DNA of 64,000 nt. It comes from Alphaproteobacteria bacterium (GTDB lineage Bacteria; Pseudomonadota; Alphaproteobacteria; UBA2966). Shown here piece by piece: positions 43,484 to 53,150 of this stretch (its first letter is position 1; each line of letters starts with the position of its first letter). The translations under genes and the position numbers were made by a program. The notes under the pieces are model-generated. The model worked only from the letters and a program-made list of their open reading frames with translations. It ran no database searches and had not been told where the DNA came from. The stretch covers positions 1,792,001-1,856,000 of the forward strand of contig OZ219856.1 in the NCBI GenBank assembly GCA_964291395.2, written 5' to 3'.

Positions 43484-43687
43484 AGATCGACTCCTTTGGT
43501 TCGATAGCTGGCCGGGTTGTCGTCTGGTGTACACATTGCGTGCCGTGTGCCCGCGCCACCTTATGATATTGCCGCGCAGGCAGTACATGCCGGATGGGTC
43601 GTCATCGTACCGCTTACCGGGTGGCGCCGCTTCGGCATTCGGCCAAGGGCGGAAGTGGAGTGCCACCCTGGGCGTCGAACCCCTGAC

Positions 43688-45232
43688 TCAGTTCATGCGA
43701 ACGATGAAAGCGTGCTCACCGACTGTGGTCGAGACTTCTATATCCCCTTCGACGGCGTGCCAATCGTCCGACACCACGCCGTCGGCCTCGATGGTGCAGC
43801 GATTCGGATCGACATTGGCTATACGGAAGGTCGTCGGCTCTCCCGCCGCTTTGGGCGCTCCGGCATCCGTCGTGACCGCCAGCAAACGGCGCTCGGCGTC
43901 ATAGATCGCCTGCGACAGACAGACCTTGGGAAAATCGACGCCATAGACCGTCGGCTCCAGGAATTTGCGCAGATTGGGCCGACCGATCAGATCAGCCCAG
44001 GCGCCAGGCTCCACCGCTTCTGCGAATGCGGCGGAAGCGTTCAACTGACCCCTTGGGTGCGGTTCGTCAAGCCCGAACCGCCAGGTGAATTCGCCGGTCT
44101 CGGTGTCCCAACTCGGCTCATCGTTGGCCTCCGAATGGATTTTGAGCTTGGCATAGACGGCCTCGTCTCCGAATTCACGCGCCAGGAACTGGATCAAAAG
44201 CCGACCCATTGCCGCCATCGGATCTCCGGCATTGTCCGGGCTTGCGTCATTGGGTCCGATGGGCGCCTCCCCGTGCCGACTCAACTGATCGATGGCGTCG
44301 TCGTACAGCACGCGGGCATCGTCGGGGTACAAGGGCAACACGCCGTGTACTGTGCCAAACCGAAAGAAAGGCGAGCGGTCGACCGGATGGTGACAGGGAA
44401 CCAGCGGGTCATAGTACATCGTCACCGAGCCGGCGACCTTGCCGTCCTGAATCGACAGATAGTTTCGTTTTGCATGGTCCCAGAAAGCGTCGAAGGCAGG
44501 ACGGAAATCGCTGCCGCAGAGCATATCGTGGAGGCTCAGACCGAGCCCCGCGCGGCTCATTCACAAAGGCCAGATCTTGGTGTTCTCGCAGTGGACCCCC
44601 TCCGGCCGTTTGGCCATTTGGGAATACAAGTGCTCGGCGATCCCCGTGTGGGTCCAGGAGAACGTGTCGGCGCCGTTGCGCACCATGTCGAAGGGCCGGT
44701 TCCACTTCTCGTCGCCGGTGACGTAGAGGTAGAAACCCAGCACCAGCAGGAAGTCTCCTTTGAAGAACAGGTTACCGTCGGCGGCGACCGGATCCATTTG
44801 CAGACCCCACGGCTCGACACCGTTGGCGGTCCAGCCCGGCACGTCGTATTTCCCGCGAAGGAACGGCGGGATCAGCACCCGGTACCACGCTTCCGGATAT
44901 TGCTCACGGCGCGGGTCGTCACCGATCTGATCGAGCCAGTCCTTTGCCGCCCAGTAGCCGGTATAGCGCATGACGAACTCGTCCAGGATGCGGCCGTAGA
45001 CTTCGCGCCACGCCGGGGTGCGGTCAGCCATCAGCGGTATCGCATAACTGCTTCTCACCAGATCGAAGCGGGTCCACGAGGTCATGGGCTCGCCGGTGAC
45101 GTCGTCCCAATGCGCGTGCGGCCGGCCGTCCTTGTCCCAATTGTCCGGCGTCGTCGCCTTGCGATGGAGGTAGCGGAGCCAGCCCCTCGAGCGATCCGAC
45201 GTTGCCGGGTAGCCGCGTACCGTTGCTGCCAT
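43688..45232 (-). CDS. Linalool dehydratase/isomerase-like protein, candidate selenoprotein (in-frame TGA at 44563-44561), 514 aa
   Basis: ORFs 44561-45232 and 43688-44560 are in the same frame, separated by one TGA. DPVAADGNLFFKGDFLLVLGFYLYVTGDEKW resembles LinD [42 protein letters not shown][TGA] aligns with LinD GIVCEPDNYFVQC. A SECIS-like hairpin follows the TGA. Confidence 0.85.
44531..44549 (-). promoter_or_regulatory. Bacterial SECIS-like hairpin
   Basis: mRNA UGA-AUGAGCCGCGC-GGGGCUC-GGUCU-GAGCCUC: an 11-nt spacer, then a 7-bp stem (one G-U pair) with a GGUCU loop at +19..+23, the same as in E. coli fdhF (UGA-CACGGCCCAUC-GGUUGCA-GGUCU-GCACC). Confidence 0.8.
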
Positions 45233-45630
45233 CCTCTTTCCCCCTCGTATCCATTACCGCACGCGGGATGCACGTCATGTGCTCGACACGACCAAGCTAA
45301 GCTATCAAAACCGAAACGGCCAAGAGGTAGCCCAACAGAAGGGCCTCCCACCGAAGGCCTTCGCCTCGGCATCGTAGTCTGGTGAAGGAGGCCGGCGAAG
45401 GCGGGAGCGTGGGCGGAAAAAGCGCCCTCAAACACTGGATCATGCCGCCTACTCCGTGCGAGAATTCAGGGTGCGCGTCGTAAGGCGCGTCACGCGTGGG
45501 GTATCTCGGTGAACAGCAAACCGCGTGTCGATCATTCGACGGTGCGGTGGGGGGTTGTTGGAGTAGAGATATCGCCGCAACGAGACGGTCTCTCGAAGGA
45601 GCTGTCCGACAACGTGATGGGAGGAGAATT

Positions 45631-46668
45631 ATGAAGATGCACTCATTGTTCATGGCCACCGCCGCTGCGGTGCTTCTCGCGGTTTCCGCGGGATCTGTCG
45701 ATGCAAAGGAACTCAAGTTTGGTACGGCTGTTCCCGTGACGACCCCTCTGGGCAAATCCATCGAGGACGGTCTGATTCCCGGCATCGCCAAGGCTTCCGG
45801 CGGTGAACTCACCATGGTGGCGCACTACCACGGCTCGGTCTGCGGCGAGCAGAAGTGCGGCGAGCAGGCCAACCAGGGGCTCCTGGCGGCGTGGACCAGC
45901 TCGACGGCCAACTTCGGCAACTTCGGCACCGCCCTGTCGATCTTCGACCTCCCGTATCTGTTCAAGGACCAGGACACGGCCAATCAGATCGCCGATGGGT
46001 GGCTGGGCGATGCGGCCAGCGAGAACGCGGCGAAGACGACCCAGCACAAGGTCTTCGAGGTGTTTTCCGCAGGCGGCTTCCGCCAACTGGGCAACACCGA
46101 GAGAACGATCAAGTCGCCCGCCGACATGAAGGGCATCAAGTTCCGCGTGACCAAGAGCCCGATCGAGTACACCCTGATCAAGACCTGGGGCGGGATCCCG
46201 ATCCCCTTTGACTGGCTGCAGCTCTACCAGGGTCTGCAGACCGGCGTGGTCAACGGCGAGTACGTGCAGGTGCCGTGGCAGTACGTCTTCAAGCACCACG
46301 AGCTCAACAAGTACTACACCGAGACGGGCGGCGCCTGGGGCGGCAACCACCTTTCAATGGATCTGAAGCAGTACAACGAACTTCCCGATCAGGAGAAGGA
46401 GTGGCTGCTGGCGGGTGTGGACGATTTCTCCGCGATCGCTCGCGCCGCCGACAAGGCGTGGGTGGCGGAGTTGACCGAAGCGCTGAAGAAGGAGATCGAC
46501 GTCTGGTACACGCCCAACGAGGCCGAGATGGACATGTGGCGTGCCGGCGCGGTCGGCGCCTGGGCGGACGCCAAGGGCACCTACGATCCCAAACTTGCCG
46601 AAAGAGCCCTGGCGGAACAGGGTCTGGATGCCTTCATCGAATCCCTGAAGAAGGGCGGCGCGCTCTAG
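45631..46668 (+). CDS. dctP: TRAP transporter substrate-binding protein
   Basis: GGAGGAG RBS, signal peptide, IFDLPYLF, GGFRQL, DMKGIKFRV, LYQGLQTGVVNG. Confidence 0.92.
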   Translation: MKMHSLFMATAAAVLLAVSAGSVDAKELKFGTAVPVTTPLGKSIEDGLIPGIAKASGGELTMVAHYHGSVCGEQKCGEQANQGLLAAWTSSTANFGNFGTALSIFDLPYLFKDQDTANQIADGWLGDAASENAAKTTQHKVFEVFSAGGFRQLGNTERTIKSPADMKGIKFRVTKSPIEYTLIKTWGGIPIPFDWLQLYQGLQTGVVNGEYVQVPWQYVFKHHELNKYYTETGGAWGGNHLSMDLKQYNELPDQEKEWLLAGVDDFSAIARAADKAWVAELTEALKKEIDVWYTPNEAEMDMWRAGAVGAWADAKGTYDPKLAERALAEQGLDAFIESLKKGGAL

Positions 46669-46694
46669 GCGAAGCCGTCAACCGAATTCATTTC

Positions 46695-46720
46695 AAAGGG
46701 GGCCAAAGGCCCCCTTTTCT
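46695..46720. terminator. Bidirectional intrinsic terminator
   Basis: AAAGGGGGCC-AAA-GGCCCCCTTTT between the convergent dctP and hydrolase genes. Confidence 0.85.
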
Positions 46721-46750
46721 TCAGGAACGCGCCGCGCGAGGGCGCTTCTC

Positions 46751-47560
46751 TCATCCCGCTCCAACCATCTCGTCGAGGCCCCGGCGCAAGATGGCGTTGA
46801 ACTCGTCGGGCGCCTCGACGTTGGGGAAATGGTGCTGATTCTCGATAACGGTCAGCCGCGACCCCTTGATGCGTTCATGGATCGCATGGGTGCACTCGAT
46901 CGGTGCCGCCGGATCATCTCGTGATCCAATGATGTTGGTGGGCGCGGTGATCCTGTGCAGCGAGTCCCGGTAGTTGAGACCCGCGACCGCCGACGTACCG
47001 CCGACATAGCCCTCGACCTTGGTTCCAACGAAGACCTCGCGTACGGCGTGATAGTCGGCATTGGCCGCATCGGCAAAGGCGTCGGTGAACCAGTATCTGT
47101 CGGTGGCGTCCCAAACCGGTTGCATACCCTCGGCGCGGACCAGCTTCTGGCGCTCGTCGATCCATGACCGGTGCTCGGGCTCCGTATAGGAGAGCGTGCA
47201 GCAGAGGGACAACGACAGGACCCTCTCCGGGTGATGGATGCCGAGGCCCTGTCCGATCATGCCGCCGGTCGAGATGCCGATCCAGTGCACCCGGTCGAGG
47301 CCGAAGGCGTCCAACAACCCGACGGCATCCGCATCGAATTGCGCCAGGGTATATGGCCCGGGCGGGGCGTCGCTGTCCCCCGCACCACGGAAGTCGTAGC
47401 GCAGGATGCGATAGCGGTCCGTGAGCGCCGGCATCTGCCAGTCCCACAGGCGATGGCTCGTTCCCATGGCATGCGCCATCACGATAACGGGACCGCCCTC
47501 GGGACCGTCCCAGCGGTAGGCGATGGCGATATCGCCGACGCGGATCTTGGCGATGCTCAT
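46751..47560 (-). CDS. Alpha/beta hydrolase, 3-oxoadipate enol-lactonase (PcaD)-like
   Basis: RWDGPEGGP, LWDWQMPAL, RYDFRGAG.S, GISTGG nucleophile elbow, HFPNVE. Confidence 0.88.
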   Translation of the reverse strand: MSIAKIRVGDIAIAYRWDGPEGGPVIVMAHAMGTSHRLWDWQMPALTDRYRILRYDFRGAGDSDAPPGPYTLAQFDADAVGLLDAFGLDRVHWIGISTGGMIGQGLGIHHPERVLSLSLCCTLSYTEPEHRSWIDERQKLVRAEGMQPVWDATDRYWFTDAFADAANADYHAVREVFVGTKVEGYVGGTSAVAGLNYRDSLHRITAPTNIIGSRDDPAAPIECTHAIHERIKGSRLTVIENQHHFPNVEAPDEFNAILRRGLDEMVGAG

Positions 47561-47671
47561 GGTGGCGCGGACTCTACAGCATGCACCGCATGAGCCGCGC
47601 CCGCCTCCCCCGGCCGGACGCGGCCCCGGCCGCGCCGGCGGGCCGGTTCCGTCAGGTAAATGAATCGAACG

Positions 47672-48715
47672 CTACAGCGCGCCGGCCTTCTCGAGCACCT
47701 TGATGAAGTCGGTGAGGCCTTGTTCGCCGAGGGCCGCGCGGGCGAGCTCGGGATCGTAGGTCCCCTTCGCGTCGACCCAAGCCTGCACGGCGCCTTCGCG
47801 CCAGACTTTCATCTCCGCCTCGGTGGGCGTGTAGACCTTGGCTTTCTTCTCAAGCGTCCTGCGACCTTCCTCGATCCAAGCGGCGTCATACGTGAAGATC
47901 TCGTCCTGCAGATCGGCCATCAGCTTGTCGACGACGCCACGCACTTCGGCCGACTCGCCCTGATACCACTTCAGGTCGGCCAACAGCGCGTTGGTTCCCC
48001 AGGCGCCGCCGGTCAGCGTGAAGTGTTCCGCGACCTCATGGATCTTGAGGACGGCCTGCCAAGGCAGCTGCACGTACATGCCGTTGATCACGCCGGTGAG
48101 CATGCCGTTGTAGATCTGGGACGCATCGTAGGGCACGGGGATCGCACCCCAAGCCTTCATGAGCGTGAACTCCATCGGGCTCTTCGTGGTGCGGATCTTG
48201 ACCCCCTTGAGGTCCTGGGGGCCGTGAATGGCGCGCACATTGCAAGAGAGATGCCGGAAGCCACCGCCCGGAATCAGAGCGAACACCTTGAGGCCCATCT
48301 CCGACTCGGCCCGCTCGTGGAGCGTCGTGGCGAACGATCCGTAGGAGAGTTTCTTCGCCCACGCATTGTCCTTGAAGATATATGGCAGATTGGCGATGTC
48401 GTAGGTCGTGCCGAAGGCGCCGATGTTGCCGGTCGAGATCGACGTCAAGTGGATGTTGCCAAGGCGCGCCTGCTCCACGCAGTTGTGCTCCGAACAGAGC
48501 GAGCCCCGCATGTGCAACTCGGGGCTGAGACCGCCGGCCGAGTACTCGTTGACCAGCCTTTCGAACGAATTGGTCAGCGCCTGGCCGGTGGACGTGGTCG
48601 GCGGATTGAACGTCGCGAAAACCAGATCCTTGGCGGACGCCGGGCCGGACAGCCCGCTGCCGCACAAGGCGATGACGATGGCACCGATAGCGCCACCCAA
48701 GAGATAACGTGTCAC
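47672..48715 (-). CDS. dctP: TRAP transporter substrate-binding protein (paralog of 45631-46668)
   Basis: GTG start after GGAGG, signal peptide, NLPYIF, GGFRHL, DLKGVKIRTTKSP. Confidence 0.9.
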   Translation of the reverse strand: MTRYLLGGAIGAIVIALCGSGLSGPASAKDLVFATFNPPTTSTGQALTNSFERLVNEYSAGGLSPELHMRGSLCSEHNCVEQARLGNIHLTSISTGNIGAFGTTYDIANLPYIFKDNAWAKKLSYGSFATTLHERAESEMGLKVFALIPGGGFRHLSCNVRAIHGPQDLKGVKIRTTKSPMEFTLMKAWGAIPVPYDASQIYNGMLTGVINGMYVQLPWQAVLKIHEVAEHFTLTGGAWGTNALLADLKWYQGESAEVRGVVDKLMADLQDEIFTYDAAWIEEGRRTLEKKAKVYTPTEAEMKVWREGAVQAWVDAKGTYDPELARAALGEQGLTDFIKVLEKAGAL

Positions 48716-49054
48716 GATTGATTCCTCCCTGTGCATCGGCCGCGCGACGCGGAGCGCCGACGGCCATCGAACCGGCATCTCCATCAATGCCGGCACCGGG
48801 TTCATGCCCCCTGCCGTCGGCCGGCGGATCTGCTCAACGAATTCACGCGCTGTACCCATCGACGCCGACTCGGCCCGGGGAAAATCAAGCGCGATCCGCC
48901 CTACGGGCAGTATTGAACCACACATTGGAGCGGATGGCGACGCGACACGCGACACGCGACGCGCACCGGGCACCCCGGCTTGACCGCCGCGACGGGAAAA
49001 TCCGGACCCCCTGAGGTAGACTCCATCCCGGAAGACAACTGAAGGGGAACTGCC

Positions 49055-50425
49055 ATGGCCTTCAACCCGTACTCCGACGCCGTCGCGCTGGCGCGCGCCT
49101 ATCGGACCGGCGAGATCACCGTATCCGAGGTGGTCGACGCTCTCCTCGACCGGATCGAGACGCACGATCCGAAGCTCGGCGCGTTCCAGGCGCTCTACGC
49201 GGACGAGGCCCGCGATACCGCCGGAGCCGTCGACGGGGCGGTACGGTCGGGGCACGCCGTGGGTCCCTTTCACGGCATTCCCTTCGCCCTCAAGGACATC
49301 ATCGACGTCGAGGGGCGCATCACGACGGGCGGATCGGCCGCCATGGCCGACCGCGTGTCACCACGCACAGGAACGGTGGCCCGACGACTGCTCTCCGCCG
49401 GCGGCATCCTCGTCGGCAAGACCAAGACGGTCGAGGTTGCCATGGGCGGCTGGGGCACCAACCAGCGCATGGGCACGCCCTGGAACCCGTGGGACCTGGA
49501 GATCCACCGCACGCCGGGCGGATCGTCGAGCGGCTCCGGCGTTGCCGTGGGCGCGGGGCTCGTCCCCTGCGCCGTCGGCACGGACACGGGCGGATCGGTA
49601 CGCACGCCGGCGGCGTGGAACGGTATCGTCGGCCTCAAGGTCACCGAAGGGTTTCTCCCGACCGACGGGATCATCCCCTACTCCCACACCCTCGACACCC
49701 CGGGTCCGATGGTCCGGTCGGTGCGCGACGCCGCCTTCATGTTCGACGTCATGGCAGGCCGGGAATCCCACGAACTCGAAACACACCTGGGCGACGGCGA
49801 AGCATCGGCGAGCATCCGCGGCTTGCGCCTCGGCGCCCTCACCGAAAAGGACCGGGAACCCGTCGATGCCGATATCCTGGCGCTCTACGACGCAGCTCTC
49901 GACCGGCTCGGCTCGCTCGGAGCGGAGATCGTCGCCTTCGACCCGCCCGTCTCCTACGAGACCATGGCCGAGGCCAACGGCTTCATCTTCGCGGCCGAGG
50001 GGTACACCCATCATGGCAAGCTGATGGAGGACCCTGACGCGCCGGTCGACGAGGACGTGCGGCCGCGCATCCTCCGAGGCCGGGAGATCGCGGCCCACGA
50101 GTACATCGCCGCCACGCTGAAGCGCCGGGAGCACATCGCGCAGGTTCTCGCAGCCATGCAAGGCCTGGCCGCCCTGGTCATGCCGACGCTGCGGAGCGGT
50201 GCCGTCCCGATCACCGACGCCGACCAGAACGACACGCCGGCCCACCTCACGCGCCCGTTCAACTATCTCGCCATGTGCGCACTGTCGGTGCCCATGGGAT
50301 TGACGCCCGCAGGGCTTCCCGGCGGATTGCAGATCGTGGCGCGCAGCGGCGGCGAGGCGATGGCGCTCCGAATCGGCGCCGCCTTCGAGAAGTCCCGGGG
50401 GCCGTTCGACCATCCCCGCCTGTAG
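49055..50425 (+). CDS. Amidase signature family protein
   Basis: HGIPFALKD, PGGSSSGS, GTDTGGSVRTPA. Confidence 0.94.
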   Translation: MAFNPYSDAVALARAYRTGEITVSEVVDALLDRIETHDPKLGAFQALYADEARDTAGAVDGAVRSGHAVGPFHGIPFALKDIIDVEGRITTGGSAAMADRVSPRTGTVARRLLSAGGILVGKTKTVEVAMGGWGTNQRMGTPWNPWDLEIHRTPGGSSSGSGVAVGAGLVPCAVGTDTGGSVRTPAAWNGIVGLKVTEGFLPTDGIIPYSHTLDTPGPMVRSVRDAAFMFDVMAGRESHELETHLGDGEASASIRGLRLGALTEKDREPVDADILALYDAALDRLGSLGAEIVAFDPPVSYETMAEANGFIFAAEGYTHHGKLMEDPDAPVDEDVRPRILRGREIAAHEYIAATLKRREHIAQVLAAMQGLAALVMPTLRSGAVPITDADQNDTPAHLTRPFNYLAMCALSVPMGLTPAGLPGGLQIVARSGGEAMALRIGAAFEKSRGPFDHPRL

Positions 50426-50436
50426 CCCGTTGACAG

Positions 50437-51821
50437 ATGAAACCCGACGTCTATGCGAGCGTTCTCGAGGTCGCGCGGGCCTACCGGACCGGCGAGACGA
50501 CCGCGAGCGCCACGGTCGAGCGCTGCTCGATCGCATCGAGACCCACGACCAGAAGCTGGGAGCGTTTCAGTCGGTCTATGCCGACGACGCCCGCGCGGCT
50601 GCGGAGGCCGCCGACCAGGCCATGCGGACCGGTCATCGCATCGGTCCGTTTCACGGCATCCCCTTCGCCGTCAAGGACGTCATGGACGTGGAGGGTCGCG
50701 TGACGACGGGCGGCTCCCTGACCCGTGCGGATCGGCCGGCGGACAAGTCGGCGACGGTCGCGCGGCGCCTGCTGGCCGCCGGCGGGATTCTCCTCGGCAA
50801 GACCAAGACCATCGAATTCTCGATGGGAGGCTGGGGAACCAACCAGCACTTCGGTACGCCCTGGAACCCATGGGACCTGGATCGGCACCGGGTCCCCGGC
50901 GGATCCTCGAGCGGGTCGGCCGTGGCCGTCGCCTCGGGCATGGTTCCGGCCACGATCGGCACGGACACCGGCGGGTCGGTACGTACGCCGTCGGCCTGGT
51001 GCGGCGTGGTCGGTCTCAAGACGACCCACCGCGTCCTGCCCGTGGACGGGATCATCCCTACCGCCCACTCGCTCGACACGGTCGGACCGATCGTCCGTTC
51101 CGTCGCGGACGCCGCCCTCCTCTTCGATCTGATGGCGGGGCGCGAGACGTCCGAGCTGGATCGTCATTTAGACCGAGATGTGCCGCTAGACCCCAGCGGG
51201 CCGACGGCACTTCCGGGCTTCCGCCTCGGCGCGCTTCCAGCGGAAGAACGCGAAGGCATGGATGATGCCGTGCTCGATCTCTACGACGCGGCACTCGACC
51301 GGCTGCGTTCGCTCGGCGCCGAGATCGAGGTCTTCGAGCCGCCGCTGTCCTACGTCGACCTGGCCCGCGCGAACCGCCTGATCGCCACGTCCGAGGCGTA
51401 CGCTCACCACGGTCCGCTGATGGAGGACCGGGAAGCGCGGGTCGATGAGGACGTGCGCCAACTCATCCTGCCCGGCCGAGACATCCCGGCGCATGAGTAC
51501 ATCGCCGCCAGGCTGCGGCGTGCCGAGGACATCGAAGCCTTCCTGACGCGCATGAAAGACTTCACGGCCCTGCTGACGCCGACGCTCGGCATCGTCGCCG
51601 TGCCGCTCGAGGAGGTAAAGCCGAGTGACTATCCGGCCGGCTTCACCCGGCCGGTCAACTACCTCGGGATGTGCGCGGCGTCGGTACCCATGGGCCTGAC
51701 CCCGGACAACCTGCCGGCCGGGCTGCAGATCGTGGCGCGGGCCGGCGAGGAAGCGACGGCGCTCCGAATCGGCGCCGCCTTTGAGCGAGTGAGGGGACCG
51801 TGGCAAGGGCCCGCGCTATAG
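50437..51821 (+). pseudogene. Second amidase signature protein with a 1-bp frameshift near 50520
   Basis: MKPDVYASVLEVARAYRTGETT..VE (50437 frame) aligns with the N-terminus of the first amidase and continues as ALLDRIETHD in another frame; one G is missing from GAG-GCG. The rest is intact (GGSSSGS, GTDTGGS). Could be a sequencing error. Confidence 0.8.
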
Positions 51822-51855
51822 TGGACGATCAGCCCGCATCATCCGGACCGACACG

Positions 51856-52956
51856 ATGAAACTCGAGAAACTCACCGTTGAGAGCATTCGCGCGCGGCCC
51901 GTCGTGGTGACGCTGAGGCGGCCGATCGTGAACCGCCTGACGACCGTCGAGGACTGGCCGCTGATCCTGATCGACCTCATCACGGCGGAAGGCGTCACCG
52001 GTCGCAGCTACCTCGAACCCTACGTCGTCAAGGCCATGCGCTATCTCATTCCTGCGTTGGAGGACCTTGCAGACCTTCTCAAGGGACGCGCGGTCGCGCC
52101 GTTCGATCTGTTCGACTCGGCCCGCGAGTCGCTTCGGTACGTGGGATACGGAGGGCAATCCCTGATCGCGGTCTCGGGCCTGGACATGGCCGCCTGGGAC
52201 GCCCTCGCCAAAGCGGCAGATGTGCCGCTTTGCGTGCTGCTCGGCGGTTCGGTCGGCTCCGTACCGGCGTACAACAGCAACGGACTGTGGCTGAAGGAGC
52301 CCGAAGCACTCGCTCAGGAGGCAGCCGAGCTGGTGACCGAAGGCGGCTTCAGCGCAGTGAAGCTTCGCCTGGGGCGCGCCCGTTCCGATGCCGATGTCGC
52401 CGCCATCGAAGCGGTGAGAACATCCGTCGGCGAGGACGTGCGGCTGATGATCGATTATTCCCAAGCCCTCGACCTGGCGGAGGCCCTGTCCCGTTGTCAC
52501 ACGATCGACGAACTCGGCCTGGCCTGGATCGAAGATCCCCTGGTCTACGACAACCTCGACGGCTACGCGCGGTTGACGGCGGAACTGAAAACACCCGTTC
52601 AGACCGCAGAGCACTTCTACGGCCCCAGGGACCTCCACAGAGCGATCCAGATGAAAGCCAGCGATCTCGTCATGCCGGATTTCATGCGGATCGGCGGCGT
52701 GACGGGCTGGTTGCGGGCGGCGGCGATCGCAGGGGCCTCGGGAATCCCGGTTTCGACCCATCTCTATCCAGAGGTCGGCGCCCACGTGCTGCGCGTCACG
52801 GAGACGGCCCACTGGCTCGAGTGGCAGGATTGGGCCGAACCCGTCCTCCAAAACCCCTTCACCGTCAGCAATGGACGCCTGGAGATCCCTGACAGGCCCG
52901 GCATCGGGCTGGAGTGGGACGAGGAGTTCATCGCCGCGCACTTGGTCGAGGACTAG
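51856..52956 (+). CDS. Mandelate racemase/muconate lactonizing enzyme family protein
   Basis: SGLDMAAWDALAK, VKLRLG, metal ligands in MIDYSQ, WIEDP and TAEHF, MPDFMRIGGVTG, STH. Confidence 0.92.
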   Translation: MKLEKLTVESIRARPVVVTLRRPIVNRLTTVEDWPLILIDLITAEGVTGRSYLEPYVVKAMRYLIPALEDLADLLKGRAVAPFDLFDSARESLRYVGYGGQSLIAVSGLDMAAWDALAKAADVPLCVLLGGSVGSVPAYNSNGLWLKEPEALAQEAAELVTEGGFSAVKLRLGRARSDADVAAIEAVRTSVGEDVRLMIDYSQALDLAEALSRCHTIDELGLAWIEDPLVYDNLDGYARLTAELKTPVQTAEHFYGPRDLHRAIQMKASDLVMPDFMRIGGVTGWLRAAAIAGASGIPVSTHLYPEVGAHVLRVTETAHWLEWQDWAEPVLQNPFTVSNGRLEIPDRPGIGLEWDEEFIAAHLVED

Positions 52957-53150
52957 CTTGAGCGGTTCCGGTTCGACCGGCACCGCTCCGGTGGGCCGCG
53001 TCGCGGCCTCCATGGCGTTCAAGCCCGACCGACCCGCCATAGCCGATCATTCTTTGGCTCTATCCACCCGGCTATAATGCGGGCCGGGAGCCTTCGGGAT
53101 CATCGGCGTCGACCGGTAGCCGGACAGGGAACCAGAAAGGGACCGGAAAC

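Noticed and set aside
43688-45232. Interpretation as two translationally coupled genes (TGA-ATG) or as a nonsense pseudogene
   Set aside because: Disfavoured rather than excluded. The stop falls on a catalytic Cys column inside a domain, a correctly spaced SECIS-like hairpin follows, the second ATG lacks an RBS, and there is no other decay.
48937-48966. Short (CGCGACA)n repeat between dctP and the amidase
   Set aside because: Only 2-3 copies of a low-complexity GC-rich unit; no evidence of function.
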